Source of the DNA: Nannocystis sp.
GTDB lineage: Bacteria; Myxococcota_A; Polyangia; Nannocystales; Nannocystaceae
DNA length: 64,000 nt
Assembly (NCBI RefSeq): GCF_016714285.1
Contig: NZ_JADJNN010000012.1
Location: 90,040 to 154,039 of the forward strand
Direction: 5' to 3'
Below, piece after piece: positions 39,823 to 50,498 of the stretch. Positions within the stretch are counted from its first letter, which is position 1, and every line of letters starts with the position of its first letter. The position numbers and the translations under genes are program-made. The notes below the pieces were generated by a model. It saw only the letters and a program-made list of their open reading frames with translations, searched no databases and was not told the DNA's origin.

Positions 39823-42297
39823 TCAGGGGGCCAGCGGCTCTGGCGGGAGGGTGCGGGCGAAGAACTCGACGCGGGCCTGCCACTGCTGGGTCTCGAGGCG
39901 GTGACCGGCCAGCGTGGAGGCGAGGGCGAGCTCGCGGAGGACCTCGCGGGCGCGCGGGTAGTCGCGGGCGCGCACGCAGGCCTCGATCAACATGAGCCGC
40001 GCGCTGCGGAGGAGCTCGGGGGTGGCGAGGCCGGGCTGACCTGGCCCCGGGGACAGGCTCAGCTCGAGCTGGTCGCGGGCGTCGGCGCCGTCACCGACGT
40101 TGAGCAGCTGGCGGCCGACGAGGTAGGCGCCGAGGGCTCGCTGGCGCGGGAGGGCGGCGACCTGGAGCGCGGCGTAGAGGCGCAGGACGGCCTGGCTGGC
40201 GTGGTCGGGCTGGGGATCGAAGGGGCTGAAGTAGGCGAGCAGGCGGGGGGCGAGGGCCGGGTCGCCGGCGCCGCGGCGCTTGATCTGCAGGGTGCGCTGC
40301 TGGGCCTCGCCGAGGCCGCGCTCGAGGGCACGGGCGTAGTGGCCGTCGGCGGTGCTGAGGTCGCCGCGGGCGAGGGCGAGGTCGCCGCGGCGCTCGTCGA
40401 GCACGGCGAGGAGGGTGTCGCTGAGCTCGAGGCCGCCGGGCTCGCCGGGGTGGAGGGAGGCGTCGGCGACGGCGTCGAGGGTGCCCGCGGCGTCGTCGCG
40501 GTGGCCGGTCTGGGCCTGGGCGTGGGCGAGGGCGAGGCGGTGCTCGGGCTGCTCGGGCTCGACGCTGCAGAGCTCGCGCAGGGCGCCGAGGCGGCGCTCG
40601 CCGTCGCCGCGAGCCTGGGCGGCGTTGGCCTCGGCGGCGAGGTCGGCGGCCCGGTGGGCGCAGGGGCGCTGGAAGATCGGGCGCTGCTTGTAGCGCTGAC
40701 GCAGCGCCTCGATGTCTTTCGGGAGCAGCTCGCGGGCGGCGAGGAAGGCGAGCCACTGCGGCTCGAGCTCGGTGAGGGATGTCCCATAGGCCAGGTCGAA
40801 GTCGCCGGCGCTGCGGTAGAGTTCGCTGAAGGCCGCGACGCCGCGGGTCTCGATGAGCCACAGGGAGAAGGAGCCGGCGGCGGCGTAGGCCCGGCGCGAG
40901 CTCTTCCCCCAGAAGCCGAGGCCCATGATGTCGGCGAGCGGCGGACGCAGGCCGAGGCGCTCGAGGATCGCGGCCTGGTCGTGCAGGTCGAGGTGGCCCT
41001 CGGGGCGCGGGGCGAGGGCGGTGGCGAAGCCCTCGAGCAGGGCGAGGTTGACCCGCGGACCGCCCCAGCCGAGGCGAGCCGGGGCGCCGAAGACGGGGTC
41101 GCCGAAGCCGTACGAGAAGGCGTGGGCGAGCTCGTGGTGCATCACGCGGTGCGGGAAGGGCTGCTCGTTGAGGTAGAGGTGGCCGCGCCACGGTGGGGCG
41201 ACCTCGGTGGTGCCGGCGCCGAGGAGGGCGCGCTTGCTCTCCGGGGTGGGGAACACGAAGCTGTGGATCGGCGGCTCGGGGTGGGCGCCGAGGCGGGTGG
41301 CGAGCAGGTCCCAGGCGAACTCGTGCTCGGCGGCGACCAGCTCGATGTCGCGGGCGGTCTGGGAGCCGGGTGCGTAGTGGATGACGAAGTGCTCGCTGTG
41401 GTGGGTGCCGAGCAGGCTGCGGGCGAGGCTGTCGACGTCGTGATGAAAGCCGTGGTGGCCGGGGCGCAGGCCGAGCGAGGCGGCGCAGGCGAGGGCGAGG
41501 ACGCAGCCGGCGAGGCTCCACGGGCGCAGCGCGGGTCGTTGCGGCTGCAGCTCTCCCCGCGAGCGCAGCGTGGGTCGTTGCAGCTGCAGAGAGGGGCTGA
41601 CGACGAGGCGGATCAGCAGCAAGGCGGCGGCGCAGGCGAGCAGGTTGTAGCCGCGAAACCACAGGTAGCGCGACGAGATCGGGATGCCCTCGTCGTAGAT
41701 CGGGCCGGCGAAGTAGCCGAAGAAGGGGTCGAAGGCGAACACGACGGGGTCGGCGTAGATCCGCCACAGGCCGACGATCAGGCAGAAGAGCAGGGGGAGC
41801 AGGCCGAGGCCGATCTGGCGGCCGCGGCGGGTCGCGAGGAGGCCGCCCCACAGGCCCGCGACCAGGCCGCACAGGCCCGACAGCGCGGGGCCCATGGCGA
41901 AGTAGGCGAGGCCCATCCACGGGTCGCAGTTGGTCTGCCACAGCGGGGCGACGAGGAGGATGGCGAGCGGGATGGCGAGCAGGATCGCGAGCTCGCGCAG
42001 GCCGGCGCGCAGGAGGGCGGGCAGGGGGCCGTCGCTGTTGTCGCTGGCGCCGCGGGCTCGCTCGCTGCGCACAGCGTCGTCGACGAGGCCGCGGGCTCGC
42101 TCGTCGCGCACGGCGTCGACGCCGACGCCGACGGCGAACAGGGCGAGCGGGGCGGTGAGCACGAGGCTGCCCTCGTAGCCGAGGGTGCCGACCAGCGGGA
42201 CCGCGGTGAGGCCGGCGGTGGCGAGCCCGAGCAACCAGCGGCGGCGCAGTCGTGGCGCGCCGAGGTGGCGCCGCAGCAGGGTTCCGGGGCCGGTCAT
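39823..42297 (-). CDS. polytopic membrane protein with HExxH (zinc-metallopeptidase-like) motif and C-terminal TPR-like domain
   Basis: 824 aa with multiple TM helices in the N-terminal 300 aa, an [15 protein letters not shown] motif, and a C-terminal region of TPR-like helices. Internal repeats include [16 protein letters not shown]. Confidence 0.6.
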   Translation of the reverse strand: MTGPGTLLRRHLGAPRLRRRWLLGLATAGLTAVPLVGTLGYEGSLVLTAPLALFAVGVGVDAVRDERARGLVDDAVRSERARGASDNSDGPLPALLRAGLRELAILLAIPLAILLVAPLWQTNCDPWMGLAYFAMGPALSGLCGLVAGLWGGLLATRRGRQIGLGLLPLLFCLIVGLWRIYADPVVFAFDPFFGYFAGPIYDEGIPISSRYLWFRGYNLLACAAALLLIRLVVSPSLQLQRPTLRSRGELQPQRPALRPWSLAGCVLALACAASLGLRPGHHGFHHDVDSLARSLLGTHHSEHFVIHYAPGSQTARDIELVAAEHEFAWDLLATRLGAHPEPPIHSFVFPTPESKRALLGAGTTEVAPPWRGHLYLNEQPFPHRVMHHELAHAFSYGFGDPVFGAPARLGWGGPRVNLALLEGFATALAPRPEGHLDLHDQAAILERLGLRPPLADIMGLGFWGKSSRRAYAAAGSFSLWLIETRGVAAFSELYRSAGDFDLAYGTSLTELEPQWLAFLAARELLPKDIEALRQRYKQRPIFQRPCAHRAADLAAEANAAQARGDGERRLGALRELCSVEPEQPEHRLALAHAQAQTGHRDDAAGTLDAVADASLHPGEPGGLELSDTLLAVLDERRGDLALARGDLSTADGHYARALERGLGEAQQRTLQIKRRGAGDPALAPRLLAYFSPFDPQPDHASQAVLRLYAALQVAALPRQRALGAYLVGRQLLNVGDGADARDQLELSLSPGPGQPGLATPELLRSARLMLIEACVRARDYPRAREVLRELALASTLAGHRLETQQWQARVEFFARTLPPEPLAP

Positions 42298-42320
42298 GGT
42301 CGGGCAGTATACGGCCGACG

Positions 42321-43679
42321 ATGCGCTACACGGCCTGGTTTCAATGCATCCGCGGTTGTCCTGGGCGGCACGCGCTGACCGAGGTGATCTATCGCTGTCC
42401 GGTTTGCGAGGGGTTGCTCGAGGTGGAGCACGATCACGAGGCCTTGCGAGGGCGCGCACCGGCGGCGTGGATGCGGCTGTTCGATGAGCGTCACGGTCGC
42501 ACGCTGTGGCCGTATGGGAGCGGGGTGTGGAGCAAGCTCGAGTGGGTGCTGCCCGAGGTGACGCCCGACAACGTGGTGTCGCTGTTCGAGGGCAACTCGA
42601 ACCTGCTGTGGGCGGAGCGCTTTGGGAAGCAGATCGGGCTCGATGATCTGTGGATCAAGCAGTGCGGGATCAGCCACACGGGGTCGTTCAAGGACCTCGG
42701 GATGACGGTGCTGGTGTCGGCGGTGAAGCAGGCGATCGCGCTGGGGCGGCCGATCCGGGCGCTGGCCTGCGCGTCGACGGGGGACACCTCGGCGGCGCTG
42801 GCGGCTTACGGGGCGGCCGCGGGGATCCCGGTGATCGTGCTGCTGCCGCGGGGCAAGATCAGCGCGGCGCAGCTGGTCCAGCCGATCGCCAACGGGGCGC
42901 TGGTGTGCAGCCTCGACACCGACTTCGACGGCTGCATGCGGGTGGTCCAGCGGCTCACGCAGGACCCGCAGATCTACCTCGCCAACTCGATGAACAGCCT
43001 GCGCGTCGAGGGCCAGAAGACGGTGGCGATCGAGATGGTGCAGCAGTTCGACTGGGCGGTGCCGGACTGGGTGCTGGTGCCGGGCGGGAACCTCGGGAAC
43101 GTGTCGGCGCTGCACCGCGGCTTCGTGCAGATGCAGGCGCTGGGGCTGACGCAGAAGCTGCCGCGCCTGGTGTGCTGTCAGGCGGCCCACGCGAATCCGC
43201 TGTACGAGGCCTACGCGCGCGCGCGGGCGGCTGGACGGGCGTTGACCGAGGCGGACTACGTGGCCCAGGTGGCGCGGCCGACCTTGGCCTCGGCGATCCA
43301 GATCGGGGCGCCGGTGTCCTTGCCGAAGGCGGTGCGGGCGATCGTCGAGTGCGAGGGGATCGTGGAGCAGGCGAGCGAGGCGGAGCTGGCCGACGCGGCG
43401 GCGATGGCCGACCGCACCGGGATGTTCAACTGCCCGCACACGGGGGTGGCGCTGGCGTGTCTGATCAAGCTGGTGCGCGCCGGGACGATCGATCGCGCGG
43501 CGCGGGTGGTGGTGGTGTCGACGGCGCACGGGCTCAAGTTCACCGAGTTCAAGGCGCGCTACCACGAGGACGCGCTGGGGTTCCCGGCGAGGTACGCGAA
43601 CCGGCCGACCTTGCTGCCGGCGGCGCCGGAGCTGGCGGTGGCGGCGTTGCACCGCCTGCTCGACGCGGTGCAGGGGTAG
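42321..43679 (+). CDS. thrC: threonine synthase
   Basis: [15 protein letters not shown]...[12 protein letters not shown] (the PLP-lysine in SFKD) is canonical ThrC. 452 aa. Confidence 0.9.
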   Translation: MRYTAWFQCIRGCPGRHALTEVIYRCPVCEGLLEVEHDHEALRGRAPAAWMRLFDERHGRTLWPYGSGVWSKLEWVLPEVTPDNVVSLFEGNSNLLWAERFGKQIGLDDLWIKQCGISHTGSFKDLGMTVLVSAVKQAIALGRPIRALACASTGDTSAALAAYGAAAGIPVIVLLPRGKISAAQLVQPIANGALVCSLDTDFDGCMRVVQRLTQDPQIYLANSMNSLRVEGQKTVAIEMVQQFDWAVPDWVLVPGGNLGNVSALHRGFVQMQALGLTQKLPRLVCCQAAHANPLYEAYARARAAGRALTEADYVAQVARPTLASAIQIGAPVSLPKAVRAIVECEGIVEQASEAELADAAAMADRTGMFNCPHTGVALACLIKLVRAGTIDRAARVVVVSTAHGLKFTEFKARYHEDALGFPARYANRPTLLPAAPELAVAALHRLLDAVQG

Positions 43680-43690
43680 CGCGCGGCGCT

Positions 43691-44653
43691 TCAGGGCTTG
43701 CCGGTGCGGCGGGCGACCCAGTCGATCGCGGGCGAGTCGTCGCAGATGCCGCTGAGGTGCGACTGGAGGTTGACGACCTCGTAGCCGAGGTCGCCGTCGC
43801 CGAGCGCTCCGGTCTGGCCCTCGGAGAGCATGAGGTCGGTCTTGAAGGCGGTGAAGTGGAGGTCGAGGAGGGTGGGCACGCCGCAGCAGCCGTCGCACTC
43901 GCACTCGTCGACGGTGATCTGCTCGGTGTCGAACTGGCCGATGACGGCCTGGATCGGGCCGAGCAGGCTGCCGGCGTGGTAGAGCGCGGGCGAGCCCTCG
44001 GGCTCTTCGCTGTCCCAGATAGCGACGCCGACCAGCTCGCAGCCGCCCTTGCTCTTCTGGCGCTCGACGATGATGCGCGGGCAGGCGGGCAGGTTGCCGG
44101 CGGACCAGTCCTTGGGGGCGTCGAGGGTGAAGGTCCAGGGGTCCTCGATCAGACAGTTGCTGTTGCAGGGGCAGCCGTCGAGCGCGTAGACGGGGCCGGG
44201 GCTGTCGGCCTGGTTCTGGCCGACGAACTCGATGGTGCCGCAGCCGGGGTCCTCCTGGTCGTGGACGAGGGTGGCGTCGATCTCGGGGCCGTCGGCGCCG
44301 CACAGGTTGGCGCCGGTGGTCGTGTCGCCGGTGGTCGTGTCGCCGGTGGTGCCGGAGACGTCGGTGGTGGTGCCGGAGACGTCGGTGGTGGTGCCGGGGA
44401 CGTCCGTGGTGGTGCCGGGGGCGGTGCTCGTGTTTGGGCCGGTGGTGCCGGAGTCGGAGTCGGAGGCGGAGGCGCTGCTGGTGGTCGGCGTCTCGCTGGT
44501 GGGCGAGCTGGTGGGCGAGCTGGTGGGCGAGCCGCTGGGGTCGCCGCCGGTGCTGGTGTCGCCGGTGCTCGCGCTGTCGGTGGCGGTGGCGACGGTGTCG
44601 CCGCCGCAGGCGAGGGTGAGGCCGGGGAGCAGGGCGAGGATAAGTCTGCGCAT
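43691..44653 (-). CDS. lipoprotein with tandem Thr-rich repeats (GTTTDVx)n and Cys-rich C-terminal domain
   Basis: MRRLILALLPGLTLACGG has a lipobox. The linker is encoded by 15-24-bp tandem repeats at ~44283..44420. The C-terminal domain has about 14 Cys. Confidence 0.6.
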   Translation of the reverse strand: MRRLILALLPGLTLACGGDTVATATDSASTGDTSTGGDPSGSPTSSPTSSPTSETPTTSSASASDSDSGTTGPNTSTAPGTTTDVPGTTTDVSGTTTDVSGTTGDTTTGDTTTGANLCGADGPEIDATLVHDQEDPGCGTIEFVGQNQADSPGPVYALDGCPCNSNCLIEDPWTFTLDAPKDWSAGNLPACPRIIVERQKSKGGCELVGVAIWDSEEPEGSPALYHAGSLLGPIQAVIGQFDTEQITVDECECDGCCGVPTLLDLHFTAFKTDLMLSEGQTGALGDGDLGYEVVNLQSHLSGICDDSPAIDWVARRTGKP

Positions 44654-44760
44654 GGTCTCAGCGTATCCGCTGGCGCGCGGGTCGGGAAGCCGTCCGCGCG
44701 TGGGCGGGCCGCACCGCCCCGCGGAGGTTTCGCAGGAGAACGTCGTCTTTGCTGGGTGGG

Positions 44761-46041
44761 TCAGGGGGGCGGGAAATACACCCGGACCCGCGTCTTCTTG
44801 CCGGCTTGCAGGCGCAGGTACTCGCCGCTCTGGTCGGCGGCGCTGAGCAGGCGGTTGGGGTCGAGGCAGGCCTCGCCGTTGAGCTTCACGGCGCCCTGTT
44901 CGATGCACTGCTTGGCCTCGCGGCGGGACTTGAAGCCGTCGACGCCGGGGAGGGTGACGAGGTCGACGAGGCGGAGGGTGGTTTGCTCGAGGCGGTGCTC
45001 GGGGACGGCGCTCCAGTCGTTGCCGCCGCCGAAGGCCTGGCGCGCGGCGGTGTGGGCCGTGTCGGCGGCGTCCTGGCCATGGAGCAGGCGGGTGGCCTCG
45101 TAGGCGAGGCGGGCCTTGGCGGCGTTGAGGGCGGCGCCGCCGGCCTGGGTGAGCGCGGCGATCTCGGCGACCGGGAGCTCGGTGAAGATGCGGAGATACT
45201 TGGCGACGTCGCGGTCGTCGCAGCCGACCCAGAACTGGTAGTAGTCGAAGGGGGGCAGGCGCTCCGCGTCGAGCCAGACGGCGCCGCGCTCCGTCTTGCC
45301 CATCTTGCGGCCGTCGGCGGTGGTGAGCAGCGGGAGGGTGAGGCAGTGGGCCACGCCGGGCTCGCCCTCGGGGGTCATGCGGCGGATGAGCTCGATGCCG
45401 GCGACCATGTTGCCCCACTGGTCGCTGCCGCCAAACTGCAGGGTGCAGGCGTGGTGGCGAAACAGGTGCAGGAAGTCGTAGGCCTGCAGGAGCTGGTAGT
45501 TGAACTCGAGGAAGCTGAGCGGGATCTCGGCGTCGAGGCGGTCGCGGTAGGTCTTCACGGCGACCATGCGATTGACGGTGAAGTGGCGGCCGATCTCGCG
45601 GAGGAAGTCGATGTAGCGCAGCTGCAGCAGCCAGTCGGCGTTGTTGAGCATGACCGCGTCGTTGCTGGCGCCGCTGTCGAAGTGGAGGAACTGCGCGAGC
45701 TGGCGCTTGAGCGCGGCGGCGTTGGCCTCGATCTCGGCGGTCGACAGCAGCTTGCGGGCCTCGCTCTTGCCCGACGGGTCGCCGACCATGGCCGTGCCGC
45801 CGCCGACGATCACGATCGGGCGGTGACCGCAGCGCTGAAGGGCGCGCATCGCCATGACCTGGACCAGGTGGCCGACGTGCAGCGAGCTCCCGGTCGGGTC
45901 GTAGCCGACGTAGAAGCTGACCATGCCGGCGTGCATCTCGGCGTCGATCGCGGCGAAGTCGGAGGCCTGCTCGAAGTAGCCGCGCTCGAGGAAGGTGGCG
46001 AGGGCGGTGGAGCGCGGCTGGAGGGCGGGGACGACGGTCAT
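44761..46041 (-). CDS. tyrS: tyrosine--tRNA ligase
   Basis: GYDPTGSSLHVGHL (HIGH motif), KMGKT (KMSKS motif) and a C-terminal S4 domain. 426 aa. Confidence 0.9.
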   Translation of the reverse strand: MTVVPALQPRSTALATFLERGYFEQASDFAAIDAEMHAGMVSFYVGYDPTGSSLHVGHLVQVMAMRALQRCGHRPIVIVGGGTAMVGDPSGKSEARKLLSTAEIEANAAALKRQLAQFLHFDSGASNDAVMLNNADWLLQLRYIDFLREIGRHFTVNRMVAVKTYRDRLDAEIPLSFLEFNYQLLQAYDFLHLFRHHACTLQFGGSDQWGNMVAGIELIRRMTPEGEPGVAHCLTLPLLTTADGRKMGKTERGAVWLDAERLPPFDYYQFWVGCDDRDVAKYLRIFTELPVAEIAALTQAGGAALNAAKARLAYEATRLLHGQDAADTAHTAARQAFGGGNDWSAVPEHRLEQTTLRLVDLVTLPGVDGFKSRREAKQCIEQGAVKLNGEACLDPNRLLSAADQSGEYLRLQAGKKTRVRVYFPPP

Positions 46042-46189
46042 GGCCGGCGCAGGATAACCCTGCGGGCGCGACGGTGGCCACCAGGGGCGGAGTTCCGGGC
46101 GGGGCGCAGGGCGCAGGGCGGGGGGCGATCGGCGAGGGCGGCGAGCCACGCGGGGGTCAAGCCGCAGCCGCCGAGAGCTGGGGCGGAGC

Positions 46190-46528
46190 TCAGGGCGGGA
46201 CGGCGGCGGCGGGTGGTTGCTCGTGCAGGGCGACGAGGCGCTGCTCGTGATCGTCGAGGGCGCGGCGCAGGGTCTCGAGGCGGTCGCCGACGCGACGACG
46301 GAAGCGCTGGTGGAGGTCCTTCTCGCGGAACAGCTCGTCGGCGAGCTGCATGGCGACGAGCAGGGCGACGCGCTGGAGGCCGGCGCTGTTGGTGATGCGG
46401 CGGCCGCCGGAGAGGACGCGCAGGTGGGCGTCGACGTACTCGGCGAGCTGTTGCACGTAGTCCGCGCCCTCGTCGCTGCGGATGGTGAGCTGCTGGCCGG
46501 CGATCTCGACCTGGACCGATCGTTTCAC
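46190..46528 (-). CDS. zapA: cell division protein ZapA
   Basis: 112 aa beginning MKRSVQVEIAGQQLTIRSDEGADYVQQLAEYVD, which is the ZapA fold signature. Confidence 0.75.
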   Translation of the reverse strand: MKRSVQVEIAGQQLTIRSDEGADYVQQLAEYVDAHLRVLSGGRRITNSAGLQRVALLVAMQLADELFREKDLHQRFRRRVGDRLETLRRALDDHEQRLVALHEQPPAAAVPP

Positions 46529-46570
46529 GCGGGCACGATATCGCGGGCAGGCGGTGCTGTCACCGGCCGG

Positions 46571-47944
46571 TCAGTCGAGGGCGTGGGGGTTCATGGCGAG
46601 GGCCTGCTCGCGGTGCTTGGCGGCGGTTGCCGTCGACGCGGGGTCGCTGGCGGCGGCGTACACCTCAGCCGCGGCGGCGAACAGGTCGGCGCTGCGCCAC
46701 GGGGTAGCGAGGGCCCCGGCGATCGCGTCCCTGGCGTCGCCCTGGCGGCCGGCCTTGAGGTAGGCGCGGGCGAGCGAGATCTTGGCCTCGGCGTTGGGGC
46801 GGGTGCGGTGGTTGCTTTCGGCGAGCTGGACGACGCGGGCGGGGTCGCTGCCGAATTCGAGGAAGTGGGCGAGGGCGTGGCCGTAGGCGGCCTCGGGGAA
46901 GCGCTCGAGCTGGGCCTCGTAGATCTGCCCGGCGCGATCGATCCATACGCGGGCCTCGGCGGGGCGACCGGCCGCGAGGTGGATGCTGGCGACGGCGTCC
47001 ATGAACTCGGGGCTGCCCGTGCGACGGATGATGTCAGCGTAGGCGGCGAGTGCGGCGTCGGTCTGGCCCTGGAGGGTCAGGAGCTCGGCGATGTGCTCGT
47101 CGATGAGCCAGTAGCCGGCGAGCTCGGCGGCGCCGTCGTTGTAGTGGGCGAGGGCGTCGTCCCAGCGGCCGCGCCCCAGGTCCATCAGGCCGAGCTGGAG
47201 GTGCAGCCAGGCCGAGGGCTCGCCGGATCCGGGGGGCAGCTTGGCGAGGGCCTGGTGGTAGAGATGCTCGGCGTTGAGCAACTCGCCGGTCTTCCAGCGG
47301 TAGAGCGCGAGGCGGGCGAGGTTGGTGATGTCGGCGTCGCTGGCGAGGGCCTGCTCGAGGCCGATCGCGGCGGCCGGGTAGTCGCCGCGCTGGAAAGCCA
47401 GGTCGGCGCGCTGGACGGCGAGGGCGCGGCGGTCCGTGTCGCGGTGGATAGCGAATTGCTCGATGCGGTCGAGGTCGGCGGCGACGCGGTCCAGGCGGTG
47501 GAGGGTGAAGTTGAGGGCGACGCGGGTGAAGTAGGGGCCGGCGTCATCGCCCGCGATAGCGAAGGCGCGATCGATCTGGGTCTCGGCACTGGCGTAGTCA
47601 TTGTAGTCGCCGCTGAGGCGGGCGCGCGTGAGGTAGAGGTCGGCGAGCTGGCCACGCACCAACCAGCCGGTGGGCTGCGCCTCGGCGCGTGCGAGCACGG
47701 CGGTGATCCGGGCGTCGAGCTCGGCGAGGGCGTCGGCGTGCTGCAGCGGCGTCGCGGTGGGCAACGGCTTCGCGGTGGGCAACGACTTCGCGGTGGGCAA
47801 CGGCTTCGCGGTGGGCAACGACTTCGCGGCGGCCAGCGGCCTCGCGGGGGTGCTTGCCAGGTCGGTGGGTCTCGCGGGGCGCGATGCGGGCGGGGCGGAG
47901 CAGGTGAGGACGAACAGGGGCAGGGCGGCGAGGGATCGCTTCAT
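46571..47944 (-). CDS. TPR-repeat lipoprotein with (AKSLPTAKPLPT)n N-terminal repeats
   Basis: MKRSLAALPLFVLTCS has a lipobox. An 18-bp tandem repeat x4 at ~47757..47830 is followed by about 10 TPR-like helices. Confidence 0.7.
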   Translation of the reverse strand: MKRSLAALPLFVLTCSAPPASRPARPTDLASTPARPLAAAKSLPTAKPLPTAKSLPTAKPLPTATPLQHADALAELDARITAVLARAEAQPTGWLVRGQLADLYLTRARLSGDYNDYASAETQIDRAFAIAGDDAGPYFTRVALNFTLHRLDRVAADLDRIEQFAIHRDTDRRALAVQRADLAFQRGDYPAAAIGLEQALASDADITNLARLALYRWKTGELLNAEHLYHQALAKLPPGSGEPSAWLHLQLGLMDLGRGRWDDALAHYNDGAAELAGYWLIDEHIAELLTLQGQTDAALAAYADIIRRTGSPEFMDAVASIHLAAGRPAEARVWIDRAGQIYEAQLERFPEAAYGHALAHFLEFGSDPARVVQLAESNHRTRPNAEAKISLARAYLKAGRQGDARDAIAGALATPWRSADLFAAAAEVYAAASDPASTATAAKHREQALAMNPHALD

Positions 47945-48025
47945 CGGGGCTGACTCCGGAAACAGCGGCGGCCCGCGAGACGAGGTCGTCGTGCGGGCCG
48001 CGGCGGTGAGCATCGGTGGCGGCGA

Positions 48026-48754
48026 TCAGTGGGGCGCGGCGAGGTAGGGGAATTCCGGCGCGAATTCCTTGTCGTTCTTCGGCGGGTTGACCGGGACGTC
48101 GGCCAGCGTCGCGGCGGTCTGGCCCGGCGCCGAGAGGTCGAGCATGACCACCGCGAGGGTGATGTCGACGCACGGGTCCGTGAGACGGCGGCCGTTGGGG
48201 AAGCCCGCCTGCTTGCTGATGTCGATCTGCAGGGTATCGGGAACGACCAGCGGGGCGGCCTGCGCGACGCAGGTGTCCTTGGCGCAGGGGACCAGCTTGC
48301 GGGTCATGAGGTCGTCGTCGAGGGCCGCGTGCAGGCCGACGAGGTTCATGACGATGTCGGGGACGAAGGTGCTGGCCGCGTCGTCGCTCGGCGTCGACGC
48401 GTTGTAGTTGTCCTTGAGCTCCTTCGAGATCACCGCGGTGGCGACGGCCGGCATGCCCATACGGTCGAGCTGGACCAGCTGCTCCGGCGGGGTCTCGTCG
48501 AAGACGAAGGGGTCGTTGGGATCGCCGGTGGGGTCGGTCGGATCGTTGGTAGTGGACGGGTCGTTGGTGGTGGCCCCGTTGGTCGGGTCGGCGGTCGGGT
48601 CGGCGGTGGTCGGGGTGTCGGTCGCCGTGGCGTTGGTGGCCGTGATCGGGCCGCCGGTGCTGGAGTTGTCGGTGTCGCTGCCGTCGTCGCCACAGGCGGT
48701 GGCGAATGCGGTGGCGAGGACGAGGGACAGGGAGATGCGCTTGAGCGGATGCAT
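48026..48754 (-). CDS. DUF4331-family lipoprotein (corresponds to C-terminal half of DUF4331)
   Basis: MHPLKRISLSLVLATAFATACG has a lipobox, then a T/D/P-rich linker, and a GFPNGRRLTD motif typical of DUF4331. GGAGGA lies 8 nt upstream of the start. Confidence 0.6.
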   Translation of the reverse strand: MHPLKRISLSLVLATAFATACGDDGSDTDNSSTGGPITATNATATDTPTTADPTADPTNGATTNDPSTTNDPTDPTGDPNDPFVFDETPPEQLVQLDRMGMPAVATAVISKELKDNYNASTPSDDAASTFVPDIVMNLVGLHAALDDDLMTRKLVPCAKDTCVAQAAPLVVPDTLQIDISKQAGFPNGRRLTDPCVDITLAVVMLDLSAPGQTAATLADVPVNPPKNDKEFAPEFPYLAAPH

Positions 48755-48771
48755 GATCGTGTCCTCCGTGC

Positions 48772-49404
48772 TCACGGCTTGACCCGGGTGGACGCCCAGA
48801 GGCGGAAGGTCTTGCCGTTGCCGACCAGCGCGTCGGTGCTCATCTCGACGACGATCGCGGTGACGTTGGTCGTGGCGAAGGTGTCGTGCTTATTGTCGAA
48901 GCTGAGGGTGCCGGTCTGGACGGTCTTGTTGAAGCCGTCGAGGTCGAAGAAGAAGGGGTCGTCGCGCAGGCCGGCGTACACGCGCAGGCCCATACCCGCG
49001 TCGATGGTGGTCTCGACCGGGCCGGTGACGACCGGCTTGCCGCCCGGGAGGCCGCTGACCTGCACGCCCCAGGCGCCCTTGCTGTTCTTGCCGAAGCGGA
49101 TGTGGGCCTCTTGATCGGGCAGGTTGTCGTTGTTGTTGTCGATGTGGATCGTGTAGAGCACGTCGGCGTCGAAGGTCGCGGGCAAGCCGGCCTCGCCGAA
49201 GCCGGCGAAGTCGAGGACGGCGACGACCTTGCCGTCGCCGGTGTGCCAGGCGTACACGTCCGTGATGTCGCCCGCGAGGAAGGCCTTCGTCTTCGGCGCG
49301 TCGACGTGGTCGGCGGCGTGGACGGTGTCGGTGAGGAGCGGCATCGCCACAGCGGCGACGAGGCCGAGGGCAAACAGGCCCGCATTCTTGCGTGTTGTGT
49401 TCAT
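48772..49404 (-). CDS. DUF4331-like secreted protein (corresponds to N-terminal half of DUF4331)
   Basis: Signal peptide MNTTRKNAGLFALGLVAAVAMPLLTDTVHA, then ADHVDAPKTKAFLAGDITDVYAW. It lies directly upstream of the other DUF4331 gene with a 17-nt gap. Confidence 0.55.
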   Translation of the reverse strand: MNTTRKNAGLFALGLVAAVAMPLLTDTVHAADHVDAPKTKAFLAGDITDVYAWHTGDGKVVAVLDFAGFGEAGLPATFDADVLYTIHIDNNNDNLPDQEAHIRFGKNSKGAWGVQVSGLPGGKPVVTGPVETTIDAGMGLRVYAGLRDDPFFFDLDGFNKTVQTGTLSFDNKHDTFATTNVTAIVVEMSTDALVGNGKTFRLWASTRVKP

Positions 49405-49664
49405 TCTTAAACCCCTGATTTTCAAACGCCGCGGGTCAGTCGACCCACGAGCGGCGGTGCGGTACGAGCGTGCCTGCTTCGTGGATCGCTCGCAAGTCTG
49501 GAATTTGCCGCTGAAGCGCCGTGGTGTGTCGGGTGCAGCACGGCGCGAAGGGCACTCGGGGGCGGGCGATGTAGCATCGAGGGCGAGTGATTCTTTGCGG
49601 AAGGCTGTCGCTTTGTACGGTCGCTGCGATACTCTCTCGCAGCAACCCTACAAGGACTTGACCG

Positions 49665-50426
49665 ATGCGTAATCCATCCTGGCTCACAATCTCCATGCTT
49701 GCCGTCGCCCTCACGGCGTGCGGCGACGACAAGGGCGACACCCTTTCCGCCGGTAGCAGCAGCACCGATCCCACGGCTGGCTCGACCACCGTCGAGGTGA
49801 CGACCACCGCGTCGACCAGCAGCGCGACGAATGACTCGACGACCACCGGCCCGACCACGGTCGAGCCGACGACCGACCCGGCGACGACCGAGCCGCTGAC
49901 CACGGGCGACTCGACCTCGGGCACCACCGGCGAGCCGGTCGAGCTGACCTGTGAGAACTACTGCTCCCTGTACGCCACGGGCTGCGCCGACTTCAGCGAG
50001 TACGCCAACGATCAGGACTGCCTGTCGCAGTGCAAGCAGTGGCCGCCCGGCATCGCCGGCGAGACCGCCGGCGACAGCCTCGGCTGCCGCCTCTACCACG
50101 TCGGCGTCGCCAACCAGGTCGATGCGAAGGTGCACTGCCCGCACGCTGGCCCGACCGGCGCGATGGTCTGTGTGTCGCCCGACGCGCCGATCTGCCAGGA
50201 CTACTGCGACACGTACCTGAAGAACTGCACGGACAAGCTCAACCTCTACATCGACGCCGCGGACTGCCTGGCGCAGTGCGGCGACTGGTATCCCGGCACG
50301 GGTGCCGACACCACGGGTGACACGGTCGGCTGCCGCCTCTACCACGCGGGCGTAGCGATGGCCGATGCCAACACGCACTGCCCGCACGCCGGCCCCGGCG
50401 GCGCGATGGTCTGCGTGGCGCCGTGA
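49665..50426 (+). CDS. lipoprotein with two tandem Cys-rich ~65-aa domains (C..YC..Y..GC.DF..Y.....DC...C..W.PG..G.T.GD..GCRLYH.GVA......HCPHAGP.GAMVC)
   Basis: MRNPSWLTISMLAVALTACG has a lipobox, followed by a Thr-rich linker. An internal duplication has 8 conserved Cys and a His-Cys-Pro-His motif per copy. Confidence 0.65.
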   Translation: MRNPSWLTISMLAVALTACGDDKGDTLSAGSSSTDPTAGSTTVEVTTTASTSSATNDSTTTGPTTVEPTTDPATTEPLTTGDSTSGTTGEPVELTCENYCSLYATGCADFSEYANDQDCLSQCKQWPPGIAGETAGDSLGCRLYHVGVANQVDAKVHCPHAGPTGAMVCVSPDAPICQDYCDTYLKNCTDKLNLYIDAADCLAQCGDWYPGTGADTTGDTVGCRLYHAGVAMADANTHCPHAGPGGAMVCVAP

Positions 50427-50498
50427 TCGGGTGACGATCGAGTGACGTGAGGATGCTTGTGCGCCGGGCGATGGCCCGGCGCACAACCCGTCCGTGGT

